63,715 nt of DNA. Origin: Octopus bimaculoides (lineage: Eukaryota). Positions 49,546-63,715 of the stretch are shown here, piece after piece. Where the stretch lies: contig NC_068985.1 in assembly GCF_001194135.2 (NCBI RefSeq), forward strand, positions 91,503,828 to 91,567,542. Reading direction: 5' to 3'. How positions within the stretch are numbered: the stretch's first letter is position 1; each line of letters starts with the position of its first letter. The position numbers were made by a program, and so were the translations under genes. The notes beneath the pieces were generated by a model. It was given only the letters and a program-made list of their open reading frames with translations, searched no databases and was not told where the DNA came from.

Positions 49546-52204
49546 TAATCCACTCATGATCGCAGAAGGGGGATTACCCACAATAGAAATATTGCATATA
49601 AAGGAAGTGCTGTATCGGACGTATTTAACGTATCCTTTCACACTTTAACTTAATACATATTTATAGTATTAATAAATATAACATTAACCAAAATAGTGCA
49701 AATTAAACAGTTTTGAGCAAATGATAGCTATTTATTCGACGATATTTAAATTATTGGTTAAATTTTTCACAGGTCCACCTAGTAGTATAAGAATGCTCTA
49801 ACCAAACAGCAGCGAATGTTAACTTTCATATTAGTGGAACAGCGTCGAAATTTAAATTAAATATACGTAAGCACCTAAATTTTTCAATGATAGGGGAAAT
49901 TACGTAGAATATTAGCAAGATATGTCCCAAACTTGTGCACTATTCCGTAGTTCGTAATATATGGACTGCACTTCTATATGAAGGAGTGGGTTGATTATAT
50001 TATATTATGCATGGAGCCACTTGAAATTCTGAAATGTAATGCAGGGCAAATTGATAATCATAATGCAAGTTTAATCTGGTGCATACATGAGATTAATTAA
50101 CATTAAAAAAAAAATGTTTACGTAAGATTTAAACTGTGTTGGAGTACATAAATAATGTTCATTTACATAGACTGCATTAGTTTTCTCACTCGTATACACC
50201 GTATATTTCATTGAAACTTATTTACCGCTTCCATTACGCATAAAACTTTGGCAAAGATAATTCACGGCCATGAGGCGTTAAACCCCTGACAACAATGCTT
50301 ATATGTATAATAATTCACTTTGATTTTCAGCAACTTCCCCAAATATTACTAACATACATACATGTCGACAAATAAGAAAATATTAAGTGGTATGTAAATG
50401 AGAAAAGAAGCACCAACATCTTGAATAACGATGAAAACATTAAGTTACCTTAAATTTAAATTCTGCACAGATTATATACAGAGTTTGCCGAATATGACAA
50501 AATATTTGTGAAATATATCTTTTTATTTTAAGAATATTAATATTTTATATTAGCTTTCTATGACAAAATAAGACCGTTTGTTCTTCCGTCACGTGCTATC
50601 TTCAGACCAACACGTTTTTCGATTTATATCTTGTGAGGAACGAATTAATAGTTGTAAATTTATTAAATGTATTCATTAATTTCATATAGACAACGCTCAT
50701 TTTATTAGGAAGATATGCGATGCTAAATGTCAAAATAAATTTACTCATCTAGGAAATTTGAAATATATGTTACTATATTTTGTACATTTATATGTATTCA
50801 TAGAAATGTAGAAATAATAGTAGATTTTGCCATGTGCATACGATCCAAACTTTTGTAATACGAAAATATGTTGGCAGGTAAGCAGATAAACTGATACGAC
50901 AGAATTTTTATGGTGTATTTCCTACTCGAAATCTAAATGAAACATCGTTCGAACACAAAGAGGATCTTTGAAATGACAATGTTCTCCGAGTAAAATTATT
51001 GCTGAAATCGTTATTAAAAGGAGATGATTTCCGTCTTTAGGAGCATAATCCAACTTCATACCAGCTGTGTTTGGTGCTAAATTTCACCATCTTAATTATC
51101 CTCGTAATGTTACAAGTCAGCATTATGAGAGTAACATTTGCAATGAAGTAAACTTTTTTTAATTGTATTCTGTGTATTTTAAGTGAATATTACAGTCGGT
51201 TAAATGTGTGATACTTTTGTCATATGAAACGACGTAATACTTGCAGCCAGCTATAATATACAGATGAAAGTCGTCGCTATGATATGAACAACTTTTCGTA
51301 GTTTCCACTAACATCAATTGTTATCTTGTAATTAAATAATGTAACCATTAAATATTACCTTGGTATTCAGCATCCTATCTTGTAGCATACAACAACACGT
51401 TACTAAATGTATTTCTATAGCTTCCTCATTTTCCAAATGATTATTTTGAATATATACAAGAACTCAACATTTGATTAATTAGTTTTGTGAATTATTACTA
51501 TACATTCGGTGATCTTATGTTCATTTCGTTTTAACTCATTTACGAGTGCGTATAAACATAGCGATTCAATTTACACTTGAAATAAATTATATAGTCTATA
51601 TAATGCGTACGTTGAGTAGATTGTACTTCTTATCATCAATATATTCATATTTTTAATCATAACTATCTCCTTTGTGCGTTCGATATGTCATGTCAATTAT
51701 TTGAATTTGAATGCATATCTTCATTTTGTTGATAAATTCATATTTTGCAAAATGAATTACCAACAACATATACAAGGTGTTACAAGATTTAATCGTATTA
51801 GTTGTACGTATTCTGTGAATTATGTACTTGCGACTAACTTGTTTTGATTTCATTATATTCCAGTGATGCCAGATGAATTATTGTATTTATCGTTTGATAT
51901 TTCTGAATGTAATAGTTTCTTTCAATCAGTTATGAGATCTTTGCTAGGGCTGTGGCATTAAGCGTAAACAACCTGTATATAAAAACAAAAGTAGCATAAG
52001 GACATTTTTCATCGTAAAAAAATATACCATTTCGCAAATTCAAATATTCAAGTCTCTATTATATTAATGTTTGGTGAATTTAAATAAATACTGTCAAATA
52101 CGTTTTAATTGAACTTTTTTGTAGATAGCAAAATGGTGAGAGGCCGAGTGATTTAGCACTACATTCACGAAAGCAAGACTGCAGTTTCAAATTTGAATCG
52201 GATG

Positions 52205-52573
52205 CTACTCAGTATTCTTGAACAAAGCATTTAATTTCGGTATTCTGTTCAACTTTAAATGCCTAACCCTGGGACAGACTGGCGTTCCGCTCGGGGAAAT
52301 TCTTGAGCCCCCGGTTACTTGAAAGACTATGAAAACCAGGTTAGCGTCACTATGAATTTCGGAACGTGAGACAGTAATGCCCAGGGAAGAGATGATGAAT
52401 CTCTTTTGAAGTTGATTATGCATCGCCATATTTGAACGATTCATAATTGATAAATCAACAAAAGTGGGAGGAAGTGGTAAATAGGAACAAATATTTTGGA
52501 TTGTGGGTTTAAAATAACAGGCAATTAATACAAAAAGGAATAAACTAAATATATAATAACTTTTTGAAAGCAT
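52205..52573 (-). other. Unassigned 122-codon ORF with hydrophobic N-terminus
   Basis: Longest non-repeat, non-gap ORF in the window. No recognised domain, and its length is near what chance could give. Confidence 0.12.
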
Positions 52574-53294
52574 GCCTATTCATGCAGTTTCGTGTTGTGT
52601 CATTTTATCGATCTCATTAATTTTTCGGAAACCCATTCCTATGTAATGTTACCAACGAAACACAATACTCTTTCATAGTTTTCCCATATCACTTGTCGAT
52701 ATTTACCTCATCAAGAAGGCTATTACAGTATAATTTCTTACAACAGCACCGATCATCCATGTAAATACATTAGCAGCGTTATATTAAAACATAATCAGCC
52801 AGGCAGAATGTAATAATAGCAACAGGCAATCACATATCGTTTTCATATTTAGATATCTTACAATCAAGCATCAACCTAATAAATTACGGATCAGCTAAGA
52901 GGTTGAATAGAAAAATATTTGTATGAAATCAGAAAGTAATGTAAGCGACAAGTAAATAATGGTTTGTAATCTAAGCACAGGGTAGCAATTAGAAAGGGAG
53001 ATGTCATAGGCGATTGTATCAATGGCTCCAGTATTTAATATTGTACCTTCTAAATGAAATTGCATCAGCCTGAAATTAATTCGTCAGAAGTACATAAGTT
53101 GAATGAGATATTCTGGACAGGATGATCACAGTTAAAGAATGAAATATAAAGTTCACCATGGAGAGATTTCAACTGAGAATGTAATGATACGAATGACATA
53201 CTAAAAAACATTTTTCCGATGGTCCAGTGATTCTATCAGATTACTCGTGCCTTGTCTCAAAATTGAGAAACATATCGTTCGTTTCCAAATTTAG

Positions 53295-53490
53295 CGCGTG
53301 ACCAGCAAATTTCGGGTGTTGGATACGTTGATTACAGCCACTCCAGTGTCTAGTTACTCTTCATTCAATCGATCTCCAAAGGATGAAATGCAAAGTCGAC
53401 CTCGGCGGAATTTGAACTCAGAAAGTAAAGACAGACGAAACATTGTTAAGCATTATGTCCGGCGTGTCGCCGACTTCACCGGATTTCCAC
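53295..53490 (-). mobile_element. SINE family A
   Basis: aaaggatgaaatgcaaagtcgacctcggcggaatttgaactcagaa...agacagacgaaa. Confidence 0.8.
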
Positions 53491-56400
53491 GTCAGTCTAA
53501 ACTAAAGAATGCCAGGCATTTTAATCAACGCTTTACCGATTGCACTGAACACACTCCTCTCTAATATTTAAGATATTTAATGTACTTCTACATAAATGCA
53601 TATGATATTGATGTTATGTACTACGAAATCATGTATGGAAATTTATTTCGGTGTGAACATATTTAATTAGAGAAAGAACGCAATAATTTACAATGGAATC
53701 TGTGAATGAATGATCAAGAAAATGTTCCTACAATGCAACAAATGGAAAACGTTCTATTTTATGACGTTTTATACCGGAATTACATAGCATTCTACAACTC
53801 CAAAATTTGTATTTATAGATGATTAGAATAACTGATGTATTGAATTAAAATTTGGCCAGAGGAATAGAATGAGTAAATTAATTTAAGCAACAAATGAAAA
53901 CTGAAATCGCCAATGTACAATTCCCTGCTTTAGAACAAAAATGCTTTCATATAGATTTAATGTATGAAAATATTCTTTGTAAAGGTTATAATTTAATAGA
54001 AATATTTTTACCAATTGAAATTCTAATAACATATATTAATACGATTATTTCATAAATGGAACGTTCTTCGAATATTGAAATAGTTTAGGTTCCCGTAATC
54101 AGTTTAGAATAATGTATCTGAATAACATGACAACACTAATTTAACAACGAACGTAGTGTATAAATATACTTCTGACTTGAGTGTGAAATACAATGATCAC
54201 ACCTTTACACCATAGAGATCAACACGCTCTAATTAAATTGCCCCAACGCGTTACACATATATTACCTAATTGCAATAGAGTACTTCCAAGATAACAGCGT
54301 GCTTCAGTATAAAATTATAATGCCCTTGATGTTGTATATTCATCGGTATTTTTAAAAACCGGATTCACAGTTTTCTTAATTTATATTAACGAATCCAACA
54401 TACATTAATATTTTTTAGGAATATATGTCGGAATGAAAAGCAAAAACTCTGCCAAAAAACATTAAAAGAGTTGAATAACTATTTCGCCTTTATAACTTTA
54501 TACGAACAGATTTATGAAATCACTGCATCTTAGTAGTATGTTGCTAATGTATCATTTAAAGAAATTCCAATTCAGAGATCTGCAGATTTAAATTTTTTGT
54601 TGACGACCTAGCAGGTAACCACACTAACGTTGCTTGGGAACGAAGATGATTTTTGACATTGCAAAATGAGAAATCAAGCCTGTTGAAAAAGTGTGAACGC
54701 AGGAGAATGGGCCATCCTATTATAATTAGGAACTTCGAGGAATTAGCTCTTAGGTGAAGACATGTGATGAAGTAGATGTGCACTGACTACACTGCCATGT
54801 TTGAAAATCAGTATGATTATATGTTTGTCGCCTACTACAACTCAACAAGTGCATTTAAATTTCTCTTGAATAGCGAATAGCTATTAAATATGTTGAAGGG
54901 AGTCATTAAATAAAGTCGCTGAGTGAAAATATGCCGGGTTCATTGCTCGAGTTGTAAACAAGTACTCTTATGGTTGGCTATTAATAACATGGGAAAAAAA
55001 TAATCATATATACGCAAGATATCTTTCTTCAAAAGGTGTGCGTCAACACTTTGAAACAGCAAAACGTGAACCAAGCAGGAATGCGAAAGTGGTGAAGGTT
55101 TAATGAAAGTTACTTATGAAAAACCACTTGAAGCAGTTTTCGATAAATATCTCGGTTAATATTTCAACTAGGTAACAAACTTTCCAGGTCTATGATCCAG
55201 AAAACATAACCAATAAGAACGTTATCCAGTAAGCTAAAGCAGCTACTTTCCTCGATATGATATTTAGCAAAACAATTTCGGTGAAGTTTGAAAGCAAAAC
55301 GAACGTGTAGAAGCTCTGCAACACCTTTTTTTTATAATGCATATAACCGATATAAGTAAACCCGTATGACAATGTTTCATATTTGTTTGTGCCAATAGGT
55401 ATGTCATTTGTATATCCATTTTTTCTATACATACATAGGGCAAGCAGCCATGATTGTGGTAGCAGCCTGACCTGAACCAAATTGCATGACTGTCTCTATT
55501 GTCTTATCAAATATCATACCGCTGATAAACTTCATTTTTTATATCAGAAGACTTTTGCGATTTCTTCAATGTTAAAGTAAGTATATCGTTAATAAAATCA
55601 ACTCCTTACTTACGTTATGAATTGATAACTACCAAAGCATATCCACACACTTATTAAAGAGTTATTCACTTTGCAACAAACTCTTGATGAATGCAAGTTA
55701 TTTGATTAATGCAGCGAGCAATTAGAGTTATTCTATTGAAAGTAGCAAAGGTTCCATTGTCAGTCGAAATGTGACAGTACATGGGATCAACGGCAGTAGA
55801 AATGGATACACTGCAGGCGCAGATTCAGATTTCCCAGTGAGCTTATAAAGGAGTGATAGGACGCTGATGCTGCTTCTTAGAAATGAAGAGAGCCCAGCGT
55901 TGATTAAAGTCAAATGAGGTTATAAGATGAATGAATGAGTTATTGAGACTTTCTCTATATTGGCTTTCGTGAGGGAGGATCTCATACATCACACTTCAAA
56001 TCGCTGAATGTGATACTAAAACTGTCGTTCAATCTGATTAGCATTAAGGGTTTAGAACTGGAAGAACGATTATGAATACATTGCTCCACATCTAGTAGAT
56101 ATAGATGGAATATAACAGATTAAGGCGTTGTATAGAACAATGTTGCGTAAAAGAAAAGACTGCAAAGTAGTCGGTGCTACAGTGAGTAATCCGAGGTTTT
56201 GGACATCAGTAAACCGTTGATTATATTTCGGTGTCCCACTCGTTTGAAGACCCTAATCACACAAATGTATGTATAGTATATCGAAAATGTTTGAGATTAC
56301 ACTTAGGGACACCAACATAAACCTTCATAGAAGAACTACGTCACTACTCTTAAGGTTTATAACCTGTGACACGAACATGTGCTGTGTACGATGTCACTTC

Positions 56401-57556
56401 ACAAAAGTTATTTTGTGAGGGAAGCACTGCTTTCTAAACATTGGTCCCTTGAACCCTAGAATGTGCACGCTATGTAGAGCTAGGTGAAGGCTTTATACAG
56501 TACAGCCAGAGTTTAAGACGCAAAATAATGTAATATATAAGTTGAGACGTTCATCTTCCTCCAAATGGATTACGAATTATTATTGAATACGAGAGAAAGT
56601 CTGGGAGCAATGAGAATGCTACACACATTGCAACTTCTCGATATTCTGTTCTATTGTAACTTGATGCAGCAGAGAAAAGAAACTTTATATTAGATAATCA
56701 ATATGTCATCACCTACATAGACCAAGAAAATCATTTATAGGATCATAACAAGAGAAAGAGAGAAAAAGTGAAATATATGTAAGTAATAATGTAGCTCACA
56801 CTTTTATTAGATTTATTTGGATTCAGGAAGAGTAATTACTTTTCTTAAGCAAATTGATATTTTTAATATATTTGTAATAGCAAGAGAACAAAAAGCACAG
56901 AAGAGAAATAAATATGGGCATAGTGGTGTAATAAATAAATTATCAATTTCGAATGATAACTTGATATATTATTCATATTCATTTCCATAAATATGTTTCA
57001 TTATATGTGTAAACACACGTATTCATATATGTATGGTTTTGTATATATGCAAGCACATAATTGCGAACAAGGAGAGACGCGTGTCCGCATTGCTAAATGT
57101 AGCGTGAAATATCAGGTTTTATTGGGAACTGTAAAAGAAAGAAATGTTGATAGCGAATCTCACGTATCCGTTCTTCGCACGAAAATTCATAAAGTACAGC
57201 TAAGAGTATGAAGCAAAATATGTCGGAAAATCTGTTTTGATGAAACTTGCTAACATTATTTAAAACAAAAAAAGACATATGCGACTAATTCTATGAACTG
57301 AAACTCGTATCTGAATAGATGATCAAATCTAAAATAAAAATATTAGCTTCTTCACACAAAGAGAAAACAAAGAATTAAAAGAGTTACCAGAAGCTGAAAA
57401 TGACGCACATTTTGCAGAACAAGACATGAAAACTATCGAAAATATCTTGACAACATGCGATGCCAAACGGTAGGAAAGTACATCCGAAATTCACAAAATA
57501 ATTGTAGAGGAAAATACGTTATAACGAAACAGCTGTAGCAATACCGCAAAGTTCAT

Positions 57557-57557
<1 letters not shown>

Positions 57558-57604
<47 letters not shown>
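57558..57604. repeat. (CT)n microsatellite
   Basis: Direct reading. Confidence 0.95.
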
Positions 57605-57607
<3 letters not shown>

Positions 57608-58767
57608 GCTACAACTGTCCGTTTGAAACTACGGACTATTAAACTTGGTATTGAGCCGCAAACTAAGCCAAGTCTAATATTCTCGATTTGGTCTCCGATG
57701 TCTTTGCATGTGGCATACTTCAGTCGTTAATGTCGACTCAACGGACGAAGTGCGCTAATGTACAGCACGAATTTTTTTATCATTATAATAAATCATCAGT
57801 AGAAGGTACAGGAAGCCAGTGTCAGGTTACGTTTTTGAACATTTGCAAACCTGTATGTAAAATTTAGAAAACACTTTAAATTCCTATGAGGATAACCGTG
57901 AGGGAATGCAGATTATGTTACATGTGCTCTCCAATCTGAGCTCACTCGTTGGTAGCGATATGACAAATGCCGTTATTCAGAATACATTTGGACGTTTCAG
58001 AATTCTGTGTGCTCATATTGCAATAAACCATCCCTGTTTATGGACGGCTCTTATACTCATCCAAAAGAAGGGGGGTCTAAAACTGATGTCCTAAAAATTA
58101 TATGCCGGTAAATGACCCAACCTTTAGCCGCAAATGACAGGGAATCCACATAAGGCACCCCAAATTCCCCAAGAATTAACTAGATGGAATAAAAAATTTC
58201 ATACAACATGGAACGTTGGAACCCTACAGAATATCAAATGAAATCCTGATCACATTCCGACAATCATCGCAAAAGTTATAAGAAATAAAAATATAATGTA
58301 TATTAGCTATATCTCAGAGCAAATTCGCAGACTGGACTTGATTGGAAGATGATAAGAGTCTATGGTGTACGAGATCGGGTAGAGGACAGAAAATGGAGCA
58401 AATTGTAAGTTTTGCCTTTTGGGCTGATCTTGTAAATGGATTTTAATTTCTCCCTGTAGGGCTATATGAGTGCCTCACAACTTTCCCACTGAGAATAATT
58501 AATGATGTTACTCTCATGACATGCTGCTTCTAATAAGATGCGCCAAATATCTATTATAGAAAACCGTATGATATAATTTGAACACATAATGTGATGTAAC
58601 GCTACTTTTATTAAACATAAAGTATCGACAGACAGTGTACGAAAGTGAAGACTCTGAGGTGGTGAAGTAAAATCGGGTAATATGTTAAATGATAAGTTGC
58701 CGGTGGTGTTTAAACCATCAAAACTACCTGGCTGTTAGGTGATCGGAAAATAATTTTGTTTTTAAAT

Positions 58768-58821
<54 letters not shown>

Positions 58822-58900
58822 CAAAGAAAGAAAAAAAGAAAGAATGAAGAGAGATATAGAGAGACAGAAAGAATGAATGAAAAATAGCAAGAAACAATAA

Positions 58901-58944
<44 letters not shown>

Positions 58945-58990
58945 AACAAACAAACAAACAAACAAACAAACAAACACACAAAGAAAGAAT
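58768..58990. repeat. (AAAG)n/(AAAC)n compound microsatellite
   Basis: Direct reading. Confidence 0.93.
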
Positions 58991-59042
58991 GGATGGATGG
59001 AGGAAGTTCGCGAATGATCGTTAATAGTATTAGTCTAATAGA

Positions 59043-59352
59043 NNNNNNNNNNNNNNNNNNNNNNNNNNNNNNNNNNNNNNNNNNNNNNNNNNNNNNNNNN
59101 NNNNNNNNNNNNNNNNNNNNNNNNNNNNNNNNNNNNNNNNNNNNNNNNNNNNNNNNNNNNNNNNNNNNNNNNNNNNNNNNNNNNNNNNNNNNNNNNNNNN
59201 NNNNNNNNNNNNNNNNNNNNNNNNNNNNNNNNNNNNNNNNNNNNNNNNNNNNNNNNNNNNNNNNNNNNNNNNNNNNNNNNNNNNNNNNNNNNNNNNNNNN
59301 NNNNNNNNNNNNNNNNNNNNNNNNNNNNNNNNNNNNNNNNNNNNNNNNNNNN
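59043..59352. other. Assembly gap (N run)
   Basis: Ns. Confidence 1.
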
Positions 59353-59384
59353 ATATATATATATATATATAGATCTTTCTACTA

Positions 59385-59570
59385 TAGGCACAAGGCCTGA
59401 CATTTTGGCGGAGGTGACTAGGAGACTACATTGACCAGTCTTTCACTAGTATGAAATTTATCGACCCCGAAACGATGAAAGGGAAAAACGACCTCAAACG
59501 TAGTGACAAGTGAAATACTGGTAAGAATTGGTCCAGCGTGCTAACGATTCTGCCAGCTTACCGTCATATA
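59385..59570 (-). mobile_element. SINE family A, degenerate
   Basis: ggcacaaggcctgacattttgg...tttatcgaccccgaaacgatgaaagg...gcgtgctaacgattctgccagct. Confidence 0.7.
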
Positions 59571-59753
59571 TATAATGTTAATAATAATTAGTAGAACGGA
59601 CATTTTCCACATCTATAATATTATTAAATAGTTATTTACAGCATTTTATTTTGTGGTCCAAGAATGTGTATAAAACTTATTTAAGTGGAAACATGGTAAC
59701 CGCCCTGATTGCATATCCCTTTGAAATCATTTTGGGAAATATATACATATGTA

Positions 59754-59792
<39 letters not shown>

Positions 59793-59919
59793 ATGTGTGT
59801 GCGCTTGTGTGTGTATATATATATATATATATATGTAATGCTCCGTGATGGTAAGATAAACAATAAATGTACTACAAATAGATTCTTGAGCTGAGAATAT
59901 GCCAAACAATGATTTATAA

Positions 59920-60449
<530 letters not shown>

Positions 60450-60529
60450 GAGCACCTACTTTGCGAAACTTCATATCTGTAAGTATGAAAACATAGAAAA
60501 CTAGACTGACTTAGAATTGTAAGAATTAA

Positions 60530-61345
60530 TTTTTGAATGCTGGGGATGTAAGAATTTCATGTGACATTTTCCAGAGCGAATCTATCACCACTTCTCTGTT
60601 ATCTAGCCTTAATACCATTTTCCAAATTGTTCGATGAAGCATAATGTGGCTGTAACATATTTGACAAAACTATTAATCATCGGTTTTACATGGCTCATTT
60701 AAAGCTGTTTCCACAAAACGACTACTAACTAAGCGGCTTTTTTTTCAAATGTAAAACAGGTCAATGATGACACCAGTATGGAATTTGGAGTAGATAGATG
60801 TGCAAAAGTTACCTTTGTCAGAGAGAAAATGATAGAAAAATCAAATGTTAAACTTGACCTATAGTATGTTGTAAAGGAGTTAGAAACAGAGAAGAGCTAC
60901 AAATACCTGTGGGTATTTGAAGGTTATGGAATCAAACATACAATAATGAGGGAAAAGATAAGAAAAGAATGTTATAGCAGACAAAGTGCAATACTCAAGA
61001 CAGAGCTAAACGCAAGAGACAAGATCGAAGTGATTAATACGTTATCCATTCGGTCATGACTTACAGTTTCAGTATTATTAACTGGTTAAGTATTTACATC
61101 TGTAACTTTGATAGGTAAATTGGAAGATTGATGACAATGAATAGAATACACAACCCTAAGCAGATGTAGAACGATTTACCTGCCAATAGAAGAGGGAGAT
61201 TGTGGAATTTTATAACTGGAATTAACAATGCAGATTGCTACGATTGACCTAGACACCTACCTGAATAGCTCTGATGAATGGATGTTAAAACTTGCCTCAT
61301 AGCATGAAAACAAGAAAGTATCATACTCAGTAACAAAGCAGAAAT
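60530..61345 (+). mobile_element. R4/Dong-like non-LTR RT remnant
   Basis: DIFQ..LSPLL..LALIPFSKL...INHRFYMAHLKLF (decayed YMDD)...MEFGVDRCAKV...YKYLWV...ILKTELNARDKIEVINT...LYLP..EG. Confidence 0.85.
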
Positions 61346-63519
61346 TGCCAAGAAAAGAGGGTAGCCATGGATTGTTACAACTTGAAATGACACTGAAGAT
61401 TGACTCATGTTATCAAATTACTCTTAAAACAAGCCTTTAATTTTCTTATCTTTTGATTCACAAGAACAATAATCTGTGCAAAGCCAAACCTATGGCACCA
61501 TAGTCATAATACCGAATTGAGCTTCTACCTTGTCCCTTGAGGTCTCTGGCTGAGACATGAGGTCAACTGGTACAAATACAAAGCAAAAGACAAGCATGTA
61601 ATTAAAATGATAACATATTTTGCATTTTGCTATAATCATTTGTTTATTTTTTAAAAAGCCATCCTTTTGATTTCACCGTCCAGTTTTTAAGCAAAAGGAC
61701 GACGTTCTCATTTACTCGACAAGTAAAATGGCTGACTATTCTACAGATGCATGTCGCCCCCACGTAAATCTCAAACTGAATCAGGGTGAGAGGAGTTTGA
61801 CGAATTTGGGAGATTGAATTACTAATTCAGCTTACTGCCGAGATTCCTACATATTTCCAATCGATTCCATCTCGCTCATAATATAAACCGGGGCTACGAT
61901 GCAGATACCCACCTCAAATCGAGCCCTATACTGTCCAACTATGCCTGTTAACAGTGTACATAATTTTGTAAATATACAGATACTAACACAGGTTTCTAAG
62001 ATAGATTTTTCTAATGTGCTTTGTAAAAAGGAGATTCTGCATTAATGAATGCATTATTGTGAATAACTTTATATTCTTGTTTGTTTCACACATATTTTCA
62101 AGCATGTAAAATCTAACAACGGTATCTATTTCCAAATAGCTCCTATATTTCTTTATAGAGTTTGGTTTCAGGAAAACTGTTGATTCTGCTTGTGGTTTGA
62201 AGGAAAATGTAGATGTATTATTAATTGTTAAATGACGTGTTTATATATATTTATGTTCCATAATACCTGACTTCGCTACATTTATGTTGAATATAGTATC
62301 GTATCTTGAGTAATAAATGGGACACAAGACCTTGGCAAGGTGCACCTGGAAACTTAAGTGAGATAAAACGAAATTCTTTGAGACATTCAGGATTCTTATT
62401 TACCATTTCAATGCGCTACTTCTCTCCATCATCCAGTATTAATATTTACGTTACATTTCTCTGAAAAAGTATAAATACAAGAATGTATAGATTTTAAGAA
62501 ACAAATATTGGCTCTCGTTTGGACAAATTATTTGCTATCAGAAGCGTGAAATTTTGCATTTATCGAAATTTTTATTTTTGCTAATCTCCTTTCTGATATC
62601 CCCAAGTATAATGTACAAGACATTGTTAAGATGTTTGTTTCGTTCCATTGTAATTACATGTGTACACACGCAAACAAATATACACATTCACACACACACA
62701 CGCGCGCGCGCATAGATGTTTATATTATTACGCACTTATATGCATATGAATACATACACATATGCAAAGATGCATAAGCTCAATACAAGTTGTATATGTT
62801 AAAAAAAAATAAAATAAGACATTTAAGATACGTTTAATCCACGAGTACCATAGTTTAAAGTACTTAATGTCACGGATAAATTATTACATTCACAATTTTT
62901 CTTAATATGCAATTTTCGTGACATTGAACATGTTTACCAAATACTTGAAATTTAAAATGAATCATAAAAAGAAAACAAAGAACAAGCAAACATTTGAATT
63001 CTATGCATCTCTTTCTGTATAATTCCTTTCAACTTCAAACTCCTAATCCCACAAAATAATATAAAGAACTCATTATCCCCACTCTGCTTGGGAAGTCCAT
63101 AAATTACTGAAGTTCAGGCATACAATATTTGTGAATATGTTTAACTTTAGTACACTTCCTACTTAAAATTGTGTTGTTCATCTACTATCTTTAATGATTA
63201 TTTATCGACACATTTCAGTATTAGAAATTTACTTTCTGTATTCGTTCGTTAAACTTGCTTTCATTTAATTTCCTTAAAAAAAAATGAGTGATCATAAGAT
63301 CTTTATTGATAGAATTCTTTTAAAACGGCGTTCAAATGTCTGTTAGATATACATCCTTCCCATTTATATTTACAGTACGTTTCCTGGAATATTTCGTCGG
63401 CGTATTTATTTAGCTCATCGCAATAACTTAGAATACAATTCAGAGCTAAGATATATATACATATATATATGGGTGACACCCCTCCGCACTTCGGTGAAGG
63501 TGGTTTATGGAAGACCAGC

Positions 63520-63700
63520 AGGCCCCCATGCATACCAGCTTCCACTGCACCCCACCGCTGTTATCCAACAGAAAAGAAAGGCCGATACAGCTTTGCAACT
63601 CATTTCTACTCCTGAATGAACTAGAGCACCATGACATAAAGTGTCTTCCTGAAGAACACAACACGCACCCCAGCCCGGCAATCGAACTCACAACCTCACG
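63520..63700 (-). mobile_element. tRNA-derived SINE (family D-related), 5' part
   Basis: Minus strand GTGAGGTTGTGAGTTCGATTGCC (B box)...gtgttcttcaggaagacactttat...gctctagttcattcagg. Confidence 0.7.
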
Positions 63701-63715
63701 TATATATATATATAT

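Noticed and set aside
49624-49640. U12-type donor-like GTATCCTTT (also near 1356)
   Set aside because: Both are inside or next to TE relics, with no matching TCCTTAAC branch site.
55726-55844. 111-nt phase-0 exon candidate ending CCA|GTGAGC
   Set aside because: Weak acceptor, unrecognised peptide, and the opposite strand is equally open.
57523-57621. Imperfect 16-17-bp inverted repeat around (CT)n
   Set aside because: Too short and mismatched to call a MITE without copy-number data.
58190-58260. TTWNVGTL resembling the start of an RTE-type AP endonuclease
   Set aside because: Isolated 8-residue match with no downstream APE motifs recognisable.
61729-61792. ATGGCTGAC...CAGG|GTGAGA first-exon candidate
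   Set aside because: It appears to lie in a decayed SINE body (resembles the gtggctgagcactccacagacacgtgtaccc segment as I recall it).

Overview
AT-rich, repeat-dense eukaryotic genomic DNA with six N-gaps. The SINE families and compound (TA)/(CA)/(ATAG) microsatellites look like a coleoid cephalopod draft scaffold, probably Octopus (inference from remembered repeat consensus, not a database search). I found no host protein-coding exon with a recognisable domain, no rRNA or tRNA gene, and no CRISPR array. Most ORF-track entries are microsatellite or N-gap artefacts. The supportable content is decayed mobile DNA: a Penelope-like element with a GIY-YIG motif plus hammerhead-like termini elsewhere, three R4/Dong-like and one Hero-like RLE non-LTR remnants, a CR1/L2-type RT fragment, a Helitron Pif1 helicase relic, a separate Helitron 3' terminus, a Tc1/mariner 5' end, a long-TIR MITE and many tRNA-derived SINEs. 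The best unexplained signals are all hypotheses. (1) Two same-strand perfect 11/11 U1-complementary donors (CAG|GTAAGTAT) sit directly behind acceptor-like sequence 26 kb apart: possible recursive splice sites or microexons of a very long intron. (2) A 53-aa minus-strand ORF is shaped like an amidated secreted-peptide precursor. (3) Several long dsRNA-forming structures (a 151-nt hairpin, an inverted SINE pair and a foldback MITE) are candidate ADAR or small-RNA substrates. I cannot confirm a novel multi-component system from sequence alone.
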